A stretch of DNA of 37,329 nucleotides from a virus. The translations under genes and the position numbers were made by a program. The notes under the pieces are model-generated. The model saw only the letters and a program-made list of their open reading frames with translations, did no database searches and had not been told where the DNA came from. This document shows, one piece after another, positions 19,248 to 27,719 of the stretch. The DNA lies in the IMG/VR virus record IMGVR_UViG_3300045988_163332, positions 1 through 37,329 of that record; one strand, written 5' to 3'. How positions within the stretch are numbered: the stretch's first letter is position 1; each line of letters opens with the position of its first letter.

Positions 19248-19937
19248 TCATTTCAACTCCTTGTTTTTGACTTTTATTCTTTTTATATTCCTATCCATTT
19301 TCCTTTTATACTCTTCTTCTAACTCTTCATCATCAAAGTTGTAAATTTCTTTTAAAAGTTGGAGGCAGATATAAACGTCTGCCATCTCTTCTTTTATCTC
19401 TTCTCTCCTATCAAAACCCCTTAAATCCTTACAAATTTCTTTTTGCAACTCTGATAATTCCTCTACTGCTATCATTTTGTTGACGTCAACACTTTGGTTT
19501 TCTAATAAGAGTTTTATATCTGGATTTTTTATTAAAATATTTTTATTTAATTTTTTGTTTTCTAATTCTATTTCTTTTTTGGTAGCAAATCCAATATGAG
19601 AACTTTTTTTATTTTTCCATAAAAAATTAAATTTTTGTAATTTGAAAAATGTTTCTTCTTTTTCAATAAACCATTTATCAAAAATTAAAGTATATCTTCC
19701 AATTCTTATAACAGTTTGTTGAAAATATGGTATATCATCAATTGAAAAATTTTCTGTATAATGTTCAAGAAGATATTTAAAAGCTTTTTCATTTTTTAAT
19801 ACAAAATCCATGTGATTTATTTTTGTTTCTTTCTCAAAATCTTTTCTTATTTCCTCTTCCATTTCCTCTTTAGTTTTTTTACTATCTATAGACAAATCCA
19901 ATATTGAACCTGGAATAATATTAAAGCCTCTAAGCAT
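19248..19937 (-). CDS. Protein with a C-terminal MazG-like nucleoside-triphosphate pyrophosphohydrolase domain.
   Basis: The C-terminal block EELSELQKEICKDLRGFDRREEIKEEMADVYICLQLL matches the MazG pattern EE..E...divalent-cation site followed by E..D. The N-terminal 150 aa are unassigned. Confidence 0.55.
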   Translation of the reverse strand: MLRGFNIIPGSILDLSIDSKKTKEEMEEEIRKDFEKETKINHMDFVLKNEKAFKYLLEHYTENFSIDDIPYFQQTVIRIGRYTLIFDKWFIEKEETFFKLQKFNFLWKNKKSSHIGFATKKEIELENKKLNKNILIKNPDIKLLLENQSVDVNKMIAVEELSELQKEICKDLRGFDRREEIKEEMADVYICLQLLKEIYNFDDEELEEEYKRKMDRNIKRIKVKNKELK

Positions 19938-19948
19938 TTTTACCCCTC

Positions 19949-20458
19949 CTAGAAAGGAAACTCTCCATCATCTTCTATTATTTTTCCATATTTTTGACTG
20001 TATTTTCTCCAAGTAATTGGTTCTTCTATGGTGTCCTTTATCTCTTTAGCTGTTCTCTTACTCTTAATTTCCACAAACGATTGAACTCTTCTTTCTGTTC
20101 TTCCGTCTACATTATGTTTACACTCAACTATAATACCTATTCCTTTTCCCTCAAGTTCTTCTATAACAAACTTTTCTCCTCTAACCACTGGACTTAATTC
20201 TGGTTTATTCTTAGTTAAATACATAAGATGTGCTATGTGTCTTAAATTAAATGCTATATCTTTTCCATCTTTAGCCTTAAAGAAAAGGCTTAAAGGTAAT
20301 ATATCTTCATTTACCTTTACTGTAAGATTTAATGCTACTGCCTTGCTATCTCCTGCCTCAAATAACTCTGCTTTTGTTATAACTCCTGTATAACAACCAC
20401 TATCTTCAATTATTACGCTATCTGCCTGTTCGTTTAAGTATTTTTCATCTAATGTCAT
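19949..20458 (-). CDS. Hypothetical protein (169 aa).
   Basis: ORF whose RBS (aagaggtg) sits at the end of the upstream small ORF. Confidence 0.5.
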   Translation of the reverse strand: MTLDEKYLNEQADSVIIEDSGCYTGVITKAELFEAGDSKAVALNLTVKVNEDILPLSLFFKAKDGKDIAFNLRHIAHLMYLTKNKPELSPVVRGEKFVIEELEGKGIGIIVECKHNVDGRTERRVQSFVEIKSKRTAKEIKDTIEEPITWRKYSQKYGKIIEDDGEFPF

Positions 20459-20460
20459 AA

Positions 20461-20643
20461 TTACACCTCTTTATGTTCCCAAGTTATTATAAAAATCATT
20501 TCAAAATTATTTTCAAAAATTGTTATATCTCTTATTTTTCTGATAAAGCTTTCTCCAGAACTTGCTTTTACTATTTCAATATATAATTCCTCATCATCTG
20601 GCAACTTATTTTCATTCTCTAATTGTTTCTTATACATTTGCTT
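20461..20643 (-). CDS. Possible unannotated small ORF. The minimal ATG version gives a 60-aa product. The open frame runs up to about 20850 with no ATG, GTG or TTG start.
   Basis: Translation of the minus-strand gap 20461..20776 is open. A canonical ATG gives MYKKQLENENKLPDDEELYIEIVKASSGESFIRKIRDITIFENNFEMIFIITWEHKEV. Its stop lies 2 nt before the start of gene 19949..20458. Confidence 0.3.
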   Translation of the reverse strand, partial: KQMYKKQLENENKLPDDEELYIEIVKASSGESFIRKIRDITIFENNFEMIFIITWEHKEV

Positions 20644-20776
20644 TAATATAGCAAATCTCTCATCTTTCTCATCTACTTCTGAAAATTTCTCATATATTCT
20701 TACTGTATTATTTTTTATTCCACTCTTTTCTTTTATGTAAAAATGTGGGTCGCTTTTAAATTTTACTTTTACAATA

Positions 20777-21040
20777 TTACGCCTCCTGTTCCCATTTATC
20801 TTTTTGAAATTTTTTATTAAATATTTTAGGTGGATTTACAAACCACTCTACACTGTCAAAGCCTGTATAGATATAGTTGTTAGGTTCTACTTTCTCATAA
20901 TCTATCATTATACAGTCCTCAACTTTTCTAACTTGATGGTTTGATAATACCTCTGCTACTTCCTTATGGTTTTTACCATTAAAAAATACTGCTTTTACTC
21001 TGAAATTACTTTCAATATTTCTATATATCATTCCACTCAT
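20777..21040 (-). CDS. Small hypothetical protein (87 aa).
   Basis: ORF. ATGA overlap with the upstream gene. Confidence 0.45.
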   Translation of the reverse strand: MSGMIYRNIESNFRVKAVFFNGKNHKEVAEVLSNHQVRKVEDCIMIDYEKVEPNNYIYTGFDSVEWFVNPPKIFNKKFQKDKWEQEA

Positions 21041-21375
21041 TATTTCTTTTCTCCTTTTTTAGCTTTATCAAATGGTAACTGTTCTTTTTTTATAGCTTCC
21101 TCTATCTCTTCTGGACTTAGTCCTGCTTCAAATTTTTCAAGGAATTTATCATAATCTACATTTTTATATTTTCCTTGAGATTTTTCACTATCAAAATATA
21201 CTTGTAATGCTTGTTTCTTAGATAGTTTTATAGATATTTCTAAATCTCCATCTTTGTATTTTAAGATAACATTAGCATTACTTACTTGATGTCCAGAAGG
21301 AACTAACTTAGTTGTAGGTTTATATTTTTTTCTAAATGATGTATCTACAACCTCCATAACTTTAATATCTACCAT
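21040..21375 (-). CDS. Small Lys-rich hypothetical protein (111 aa).
   Basis: ORF. Confidence 0.45.
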   Translation of the reverse strand: MVDIKVMEVVDTSFRKKYKPTTKLVPSGHQVSNANVILKYKDGDLEISIKLSKKQALQVYFDSEKSQGKYKNVDYDKFLEKFEAGLSPEEIEEAIKKEQLPFDKAKKGEKK

Positions 21376-21659
21376 TCTTCATCAACTCCTTTTAAAGCTC
21401 TTCTAGCTTTTTCTGTTTTATTTTTCTTTATCTTTTTTAATAAGTTTTCAATACTAATTTCTTTCCAGCCCTCTGCTCCTCTTTCTAGTATTTTTATAGG
21501 ATTTTTAGCTTTAGGTTTCATTCTAAAAAAATATCTAGCTGCCTCATACATAGTTATGAACGATTCCTTAAATTCCATTCTTTTATACTCTTCTCCATTT
21601 ATAACTACTATTTCTTTGATTGATTCTACTATGTAGTTATAGCTTTCTAAATTTATCAT
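21369..21659 (-). CDS. Small hypothetical protein (96 aa).
   Basis: ORF. Confidence 0.45.
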   Translation of the reverse strand: MINLESYNYIVESIKEIVVINGEEYKRMEFKESFITMYEAARYFFRMKPKAKNPIKILERGAEGWKEISIENLLKKIKKNKTEKARRALKGVDEEW

Positions 21660-21768
21660 TGTTACCCCCTTTTTGCTTATAATCTAATTAAAACATTCAA
21701 GTCTTTAAATGCTTTAACTAGAGCATAAGCTCTAGCTTTGTGTGTGTTGTAAGTTATTTTAAGAAAGG

Positions 21769-21984
21769 TTATGAGTTTTCGCCCTCTTGCCAATCTTCCG
21801 CTAAGCAATCATTGACACTTGGTACCCATGTACTTTTAGTTCCGTTTACATTTTTTATAATAAAGTGAGAATTTAATTCTTCTGTTGCTGGAATTAAGCA
21901 TACATACATTCCTTTTCCATTCCAACCTTTACGTGATACTATTCCACCGTGTTTTAAAAGTTCTAAAGCTTCTCCAAAATTCAT
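21769..21984 (-). CDS. Small protein (71 aa) resembling the DUF2829 family. This is the fold of Tad2 Thoeris anti-defence sponges.
   Basis: The N-terminal pattern MNFGEALELLKHGGIVSRKGWNGKGMYV matches the remembered DUF2829 signature F.EAl..lk.Gk.v.R.gWng. Recalled from memory, not searched. Confidence 0.4.
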   Translation of the reverse strand: MNFGEALELLKHGGIVSRKGWNGKGMYVCLIPATEELNSHFIIKNVNGTKSTWVPSVNDCLAEDWQEGENS

Positions 21985-21996
21985 ATTTATTCCTCC

Positions 21997-22464
21997 TTAT
22001 TTTCTGGTACAATCTTCTACCGCTTGGTCGTAGTCTCCTGATGTTGAGCATGATGTATCTTCTGTTTTTTCTATCTTTTCCATCTTTGACTTAAACTTAT
22101 CAATACCTATTCTTTCTAGCAATACAGAATAATATCTAATCATAAGGTCTCTTTGAATAGCTAGTAATTGTCTTTGATATTCATCTGTATATTTTTTCTC
22201 TTCCATTTCTTTTGATAAGAAAGTTGAAAGCTTATCTATTTTAATCTCTAGTTCTTGTGCTTCCTCTTCCATTCTTTCTATATGATTTTTTGGTCTTGTC
22301 TCTATACAACTAGGTTCTAGTATTTCCATAGCCCCAAGCTCTTCAATCTCTTTTTTTAATTCTTGCCAAGCAACAAGACCACTTAAATATCCAGCTTCAC
22401 ATTCAAATCCTACCCCCTCTATATCTTGGATAAGTTTTTTCATTTTTTCATATTTACCACTCAT
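21997..22464 (-). CDS. Acidic, coiled-coil-rich hypothetical protein (155 aa).
   Basis: ORF with RBS aggagg, 9-nt spacer, then ATG. Confidence 0.45.
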   Translation of the reverse strand: MSGKYEKMKKLIQDIEGVGFECEAGYLSGLVAWQELKKEIEELGAMEILEPSCIETRPKNHIERMEEEAQELEIKIDKLSTFLSKEMEEKKYTDEYQRQLLAIQRDLMIRYYSVLLERIGIDKFKSKMEKIEKTEDTSCSTSGDYDQAVEDCTRK

Positions 22465-22490
22465 TCCTACTACCTCCTACCAGTTCCTAC

Positions 22491-22610
22491 CTATTTATCT
22501 ATCCATTCTTTTTTTATCCAAGTAGGAACTTCTTTACCTTTTTTATATCCTAAAAAATATCCTATTACTCCAGCTACCACCAATGATATTATTAATGTTA
22601 TTACTGCCAC
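22491..22610 (-). CDS. Candidate small hydrophobic peptide (39 aa, GTG start).
   Basis: Translation gives (M)AVITLIISLVVAGVIGYFLGYKKGKEVPTWIKKEWIDK. It fits a single transmembrane segment. Below the ORF-track size cutoff. Confidence 0.3.
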   Translation of the reverse strand: MAVITLIISLVVAGVIGYFLGYKKGKEVPTWIKKEWIDK

Positions 22611-22613
22611 TTT

Positions 22614-22718
22614 TTATCCTTTTATCTTATAATCTCTTTTACATTTTCTATATCCCCATACAAAACCACCAGCTACTGCAATGGCTGCTCCAAATAATTC
22701 AATTATTAATCTTGACAT
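22614..22718 (-). CDS. Candidate small hydrophobic peptide (34 aa).
   Basis: Translation gives MSRLIIELFGAAIAVAGGFVWGYRKCKRDYKIKG. Strong RBS aaggagga placed 5 nt upstream of the ATG. Confidence 0.35.
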   Translation of the reverse strand: MSRLIIELFGAAIAVAGGFVWGYRKCKRDYKIKG

Positions 22719-22804
22719 ATTATCTCCTCCTTATAAAAAATAGAGGGAAAATGCAGTATCCCTCTATTCAGTTGTAATGGTTAAATTAAATTGTTGCTTC
22801 CTGT

Positions 22805-24067
22805 CTATTCTGATTTTTTAGCTGCTTTTGTAGTTGTAGTAGTTGTTGCTGGTGCTTCTTGTGTTTCAGTAACTGCTGCTTGTTTGTTAGCTGCTCTTAA
22901 TCTTTCTAGTTCTAACTCTTTTTCTACTCTCTCCATTCTCATTTTTTCAATCTCTTTTTCTTGCTCTAGTTGTTCATTATTTGCTAATGACATTACTGAC
23001 ATTTTTTCTGTTTCTATTGAAGCTGCTGCTGCTCCTGTTGTTCTTTTATATTCAAAAATGAATACTCCCTCTGGATTTAATAATTCTGTTGAGTTATATA
23101 CTTCAACATCTAATAAATATGCTTTTTTATCAGCTATATAGTTAGCTTCTGGTGTTACTGATACATCTTTATTATCTTGACCGAAACTTCTTTCGACCAT
23201 AACTAGAAAATATCCTACCTCTTCTGAACCTAAAGGATATAAAGTTTTGTCAAATTGGAATAATCTTTCTACATGTCCACCCATCAACATAGATAATGGT
23301 TGTCCTGTTTTTCTTGTTTCCCCTTCTCCAAAATCTTTACTTGAGAATCTTTCAGCATTTGCAAGTTCTGTATTACCTTCAATTCCAGAAACTATCGCTA
23401 TTCTTAAACCTTGATTTGACGCCGCCTCTTGTGCTTGTAACATCATTTTTCTAAATAATTTTATATTTTCTGGAGTGTCAAATTCTTTTGTTTTATCTCC
23501 AAAAAATTGACTATCTGGTATCACTAAATCAAAAGTTTTATTGTCGCTACCTGTAACTGTTCTTTTTTTATTAGTTATACAATCTTTGAAAAGTTCAGCT
23601 ACTCTTATAGCACATCTTCCATATGTTGCTGCCACTTGAGCGTCTATTATTGTTGATTTTTCATCTAGTTGAGAACGGTTAAAATCTCTTCTCTTAACAT
23701 ATACAGGGCATTCCATTCCTGTTGGTATAACTTTAATACTTCTTAAAAAAGTTCCTGTATCTTGTCCTTTTACTTCTGCTGGTGTATAGTTAGGTCCTGA
23801 TATAGCTTGTTTGTCATCTATATCCCTAGATTCTAATCTTCCAGATACATAGAATAAAGAGTAAGCTTCATTTGTTGAAGCTGATTTTTCAAACCAACCT
23901 TCAAGTGGCATTTTCTTAGTTGTGTTTAAGGCTCTCTTTACACTATTAGCGTATTTAGCTTGTTCTCCTGCTGAAAGGTTTACGTTTCCGTATTCATATC
24001 CACCTTCTCCAGCAAATAACTGGATATTTAATCCTGTGCTTCCTAATAAAGTTTTTTCATTTCTCAA
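22805..24067 (-). CDS. Major capsid protein with an N-terminal L27-like Prp cleavage motif.
   Basis: 420 aa. TTG start after RBS aaggagga. N-terminus MRNEKTLLGSTGLNIQLFAGEGG. Follows the portal and scaffold genes. The C-terminus has a coiled-coil region and an ATTTTTT tail. Confidence 0.6.
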   Translation of the reverse strand: MRNEKTLLGSTGLNIQLFAGEGGYEYGNVNLSAGEQAKYANSVKRALNTTKKMPLEGWFEKSASTNEAYSLFYVSGRLESRDIDDKQAISGPNYTPAEVKGQDTGTFLRSIKVIPTGMECPVYVKRRDFNRSQLDEKSTIIDAQVAATYGRCAIRVAELFKDCITNKKRTVTGSDNKTFDLVIPDSQFFGDKTKEFDTPENIKLFRKMMLQAQEAASNQGLRIAIVSGIEGNTELANAERFSSKDFGEGETRKTGQPLSMLMGGHVERLFQFDKTLYPLGSEEVGYFLVMVERSFGQDNKDVSVTPEANYIADKKAYLLDVEVYNSTELLNPEGVFIFEYKRTTGAAAASIETEKMSVMSLANNEQLEQEKEIEKMRMERVEKELELERLRAANKQAAVTETQEAPATTTTTTKAAKKSE

Positions 24068-24085
24068 GTATTCCTCCTTAAAATC

Positions 24086-24748
24086 TTATTTTATAAAATC
24101 CCAATAAAATGGGTCATCTTGCTTTTTAGCTTGTGCATATTCTCTTAATTTATTCATTAAACCTTTATCATTTGTATCTAAAGCTTGATTATAAGCCTCA
24201 ATGAATCCATCATGTGTATAATCTGTTGAAAGCTGTGTTTTTCCAACTCCTACTACACTTCCTGTACTTCCTGCTTTCATTTCCATGTATTCCTTTAGGA
24301 TTTGAGCTCCTATTGCATTTTCTGCCATAGCTCTATATACTATCTGTCTATCTGTGTCTTTCTCTGCTCCTATGAAGTTATTTATTGCTTCCATACTTGC
24401 ATTAAGTTCTGGAGTGAAAGCTGCTTTTTGTTCTGCTAGATAAGCTTTTCTATCATCTAGTCTTGATTTAATGTACTCTGGAGTGTAACCTTTTTCTTGA
24501 GCCTCTGTGATATATGGTGCTATATCTCCAATCTCTTGGTAATCTTCTGCCTTTATTCCTTCCCAAGTTAATGGCTCTACTTTAGGTTCTGCCCCTGCCC
24601 TATTATCTCCACTTGGTTGTGGTGGTTCTCCTCCAGATCCTGTATTTATTGTTGGCTCTGGATTTGGTGTAGGTTCTCCTCCTGTATCTCCTCCCTCTGT
24701 TCCTCCAAATAATTGGATATTAAATTTAAATCTTTCTTTATCAGTCAT
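24086..24748 (-). CDS. Scaffolding-like head protein with an N-terminal Prp-type motif.
   Basis: 220 aa and acidic. N-terminus MTDKERFKFNIQLFGGTEGG. Lies between the portal and capsid genes. Confidence 0.5.
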   Translation of the reverse strand: MTDKERFKFNIQLFGGTEGGDTGGEPTPNPEPTINTGSGGEPPQPSGDNRAGAEPKVEPLTWEGIKAEDYQEIGDIAPYITEAQEKGYTPEYIKSRLDDRKAYLAEQKAAFTPELNASMEAINNFIGAEKDTDRQIVYRAMAENAIGAQILKEYMEMKAGSTGSVVGVGKTQLSTDYTHDGFIEAYNQALDTNDKGLMNKLREYAQAKKQDDPFYWDFIK

Positions 24749-24962
24749 TTTCTTCTTTTACCTCCTTCGTAAATATCTCCATGTATAAACTGTTTACTCC
24801 AGTTATTTCCTTCACTTTCCCTACTGTATCAACTCCTTTGTCGTTCATGATAGAAACTCTATTGAGTTCGAGCATTAAGTATAGTTCGATTAGTCTTTTT
24901 AAAGCTCTATCATCTCTATATCTTCTTTTTAACTCTTCGTACTCTTTTCTCTCTTCTGTCAT
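24741..24962 (-). CDS. Small hypothetical protein (73 aa).
   Basis: ORF with overlapping stop and start codons. Confidence 0.4.
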   Translation of the reverse strand: MTEERKEYEELKRRYRDDRALKRLIELYLMLELNRVSIMNDKGVDTVGKVKEITGVNSLYMEIFTKEVKEEND

Positions 24963-26467
24963 TGTTCTATCATTCCCCCTTGTTGTGCAGCTATCATAGC
25001 GTTCATTTCCTCAACTTGTTTTTCTGTTTCCTCTCCAGATTTCCACTCTTTATTATTGATTCTAAATCTTTTTTGTTGAGCGTCTATATATTCAGCTTGG
25101 TTCATATTAGCTGCTGCAACCTGTGGTCCTAGAGTGCTTGCTATATTTTGGAAATACAACATATTTCTTTCAAGGTCATCTTGGTCTTGTGCTATTGTTA
25201 GTGCATTGTAGAATCTTATCTTTAATCTTGGATTTTCCTGTAAAGCTTTAATTTTAGATATATCTATAATGCTAATCTTTTGTAGACATTGGAAAACTTT
25301 TATAACTATCTCTCTTAAAAGTTCCCTTTGCATTAGAGCATAGGTTGGCTCTATTTGCTTAGCGAACTCTGTTGTTACTAGTTGTGTTGTTGTAGCAGTA
25401 ACATTCTTTAGCTGGTCTAAGTTTTGAGCCGTTTCAAATATATTGATATAGAATATATCTCTCAAAAGTTCCTTGTACATGTCTAGGTTAAAGAACTCCA
25501 TATTAGCATTTTCTCCCCTGTTGAATGGTATTATCTGATTTTGTACTGGCGACATTCCCATCATAGATATAGCTCCTGGTTCATCTATTCTTGAGTTCTG
25601 AATATATTTAGCCTCTCCATACCCCAGATAACTTGGTCTAGCTTGTTTCTTAGCAATACGTCTGATGTTGGCTTTAACTTCTTTTAGTCCTTCAATTTCC
25701 ATTATTGCTTTAACACAAGGTCCTATACCATATGGACTATCTCCAATACTTTCATATCTTGCAACTATCCACGGATTGTAAGTGTCTATCCTATAATCTA
25801 AAACGTCTGCAAACTCATTTGAAGTAGATACTACATAGTGAAACATTTTAGTTTCTTGGTCGTATATTGTACCTTCCCACAACTCTATCTCATCATCTTG
25901 TGACATTCTTTGAACCTTTTCAGAGTTATAAGCATTTTCTCCGAAAAGATTAAGAATCTGATGTTTTCTCACTTTACCTGCATTGTAGAATGTATCTCCA
26001 GGTTGTTTACCTCTTCTTTTAGTAAGATAAACATTTATATTGGGTACTGGTTGAAATTCCACAGGATTTGCAATTTTACCAGTAAATCTAACTTTGAATA
26101 CTGCTGTTCCTATTAGATAGTCCATAAGAATTACAGCTTTCTCTGTTTCAAAGTTAGAATTTTCTTGAATCTCATCAAATACTATTTCTGTTATGCGTCT
26201 AAAGATAATCTTGTCATCTCTTGATATATCTTCAAACCTTGGTGTTTCTATCCAAGCCCAGATATGATTACTATTAAGTATCATAGCTGACAACTTGTTA
26301 GCTAACTTAGTAGCATATGCTAGTCCTGTACTGTCTACACCATTTAAATTAATTTCTCTTGGTAGAAAATGTGCTCTAGCTTTCAAATACCAAGCTAGTA
26401 TTACATTTCTTTCCTGTTGTGCCTCCTGGAATCTACTACGAAATAGATTTTTAATTCTATCTTCCAC
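24959..26467 (-). CDS. Portal protein (502 aa), assigned by size and position.
   Basis: Long ORF immediately upstream of the scaffold and capsid genes. No family-level motif verified. Confidence 0.5.
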   Translation of the reverse strand: MEDRIKNLFRSRFQEAQQERNVILAWYLKARAHFLPREINLNGVDSTGLAYATKLANKLSAMILNSNHIWAWIETPRFEDISRDDKIIFRRITEIVFDEIQENSNFETEKAVILMDYLIGTAVFKVRFTGKIANPVEFQPVPNINVYLTKRRGKQPGDTFYNAGKVRKHQILNLFGENAYNSEKVQRMSQDDEIELWEGTIYDQETKMFHYVVSTSNEFADVLDYRIDTYNPWIVARYESIGDSPYGIGPCVKAIMEIEGLKEVKANIRRIAKKQARPSYLGYGEAKYIQNSRIDEPGAISMMGMSPVQNQIIPFNRGENANMEFFNLDMYKELLRDIFYINIFETAQNLDQLKNVTATTTQLVTTEFAKQIEPTYALMQRELLREIVIKVFQCLQKISIIDISKIKALQENPRLKIRFYNALTIAQDQDDLERNMLYFQNIASTLGPQVAAANMNQAEYIDAQQKRFRINNKEWKSGEETEKQVEEMNAMIAAQQGGMIEQ

Positions 26468-26476
26468 AGTATCTCC

Positions 26477-26725
26477 TTATCCTATTGTCTGGGTACTACT
26501 CTTCTTAAGTAGTCCTAGATTACCTTGTCTTAGGCTCTCCTGGAATTGTATTGCAGTTTTTCTTTGTTTGTCTTTTTCGGCTTGCTGCTTTTTAGCCTCT
26601 GTCTCTCTTTGCTTTTTGAGTTCTTCTTCCATTCTTTTTTGCTGCTTTTTAGTACCACTAAAGTCAGTAGCTCCTAAAGTAATGGTATCAACAAGTCCTC
26701 CTAATACATTTCCACCACCAAACAA
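26477..26725 (-). CDS. Small Lys/Glu/Gln-rich head-associated protein. The real start is probably upstream, near 26749, at a non-ATG codon.
   Basis: The ORF track begins at the TTG inside NIQLFGG. The frame stays open upstream and encodes I-K-F-K-P-N-I-Q-L-F-G-G, which parallels the scaffold N-terminus. An RBS ggaggagag sits 5 nt before the ATA at 26747..26749. Confidence 0.45.
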   Translation of the reverse strand: MFGGGNVLGGLVDTITLGATDFSGTKKQQKRMEEELKKQRETEAKKQQAEKDKQRKTAIQFQESLRQGNLGLLKKSSTQTIG

Positions 26726-26750
26726 TTGGATATTTGGTTTAAATTTTATA

Positions 26751-27230
26751 TTATCTCTCCTCCTTTTCCCATGCTTCTACATCATAGAATTTATCAAGGA
26801 TTTTTCTTGCTTTTCTAAAAGTCCCAACTTTTCTAAAGTTATATCTTTTAAAAAACTTCATAGCCAGTTTATATGCTGGACTTTCTGGAACTATATTTAA
26901 TTCTATTTTTTTATAAAGCTTATCAAGCATGCTACAAAATTTAGCGAAATCATCTAAGAACTCTTTTCTCTCTGTGAGGTTATCTCCTAGAAAAATAAAG
27001 TCTAGTGATATTATTTTGTCATGTGGTATGTTATAGATACAGCCCATATAACCTACTATGTGTCCATCATGGATAGATAACATCATCAGTTCATCTAGCC
27101 CTTTTATATTTAGGTCATCTAATGAACCTGTGAAAAACTTATATTTTTCAACGTTTGCTTGTTGCTCCTCTTCTAGTATTTCTTTTAGCACTAGAAAAGC
27201 TTTATCTTCTCTTGATACTCCCTCAAGCAT
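26751..27230 (-). CDS. Hypothetical protein (159 aa) with a weak acetyltransferase-like C-terminus.
   Basis: ORF between the terminase small subunit gene and the head genes. Confidence 0.4.
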   Translation of the reverse strand: MLEGVSREDKAFLVLKEILEEEQQANVEKYKFFTGSLDDLNIKGLDELMMLSIHDGHIVGYMGCIYNIPHDKIISLDFIFLGDNLTERKEFLDDFAKFCSMLDKLYKKIELNIVPESPAYKLAMKFFKRYNFRKVGTFRKARKILDKFYDVEAWEKEER

Positions 27231-27719
27231 TTACACAACCCCCTCAACTTGTAAGAATTTCTTAGTCTTGTCATCTCTTTGCTCTTGCTTGTCCTCTGTC
27301 TTTTCTCCTAGCTCTAATGAAACCTCAATGTTATTAGTTCCACCTTGCTTGTCCCAGCCTGCCAGAGTTTCTATTCTTTGCGACAGTTGAACTGCTGCTT
27401 TAAAATCTACAAATTTACCTGTTTTTTCTAGTAGTCCTTTGTCTGTAAGTCTTATAATCTTTGTATCTTCCAGTCCTGCTGCCTGTTCAAATAGTCCTTG
27501 CATTATTGCTAAGTGTCCCATTTTATCTCTTCCAAGCATAAAGTCCACCATTTCCAAGTGTTCCTCTATTTGCTTGTTGATTTTCTTGCTACTCATTAGC
27601 TTGTGCATTAGCTTTAGGTCGAATGGGATTCCAGCAGCTTGCATGGCTTTAAGTCCATTTTTGCAAACTAGAAATGATGATATGAACTTCTCTTCTTGCT
27701 CTTTGGTTATTCCTGCCAT
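27231..27719 (-). CDS. terS: Terminase small subunit.
   Basis: 162 aa. N-terminal block NGLKAMQAAGIP resembles the terminase small subunit HTH signature ...A.kaAGys. It sits upstream of the head genes. Confidence 0.5.
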   Translation of the reverse strand: MAGITKEQEEKFISSFLVCKNGLKAMQAAGIPFDLKLMHKLMSSKKINKQIEEHLEMVDFMLGRDKMGHLAIMQGLFEQAAGLEDTKIIRLTDKGLLEKTGKFVDFKAAVQLSQRIETLAGWDKQGGTNNIEVSLELGEKTEDKQEQRDDKTKKFLQVEGVV

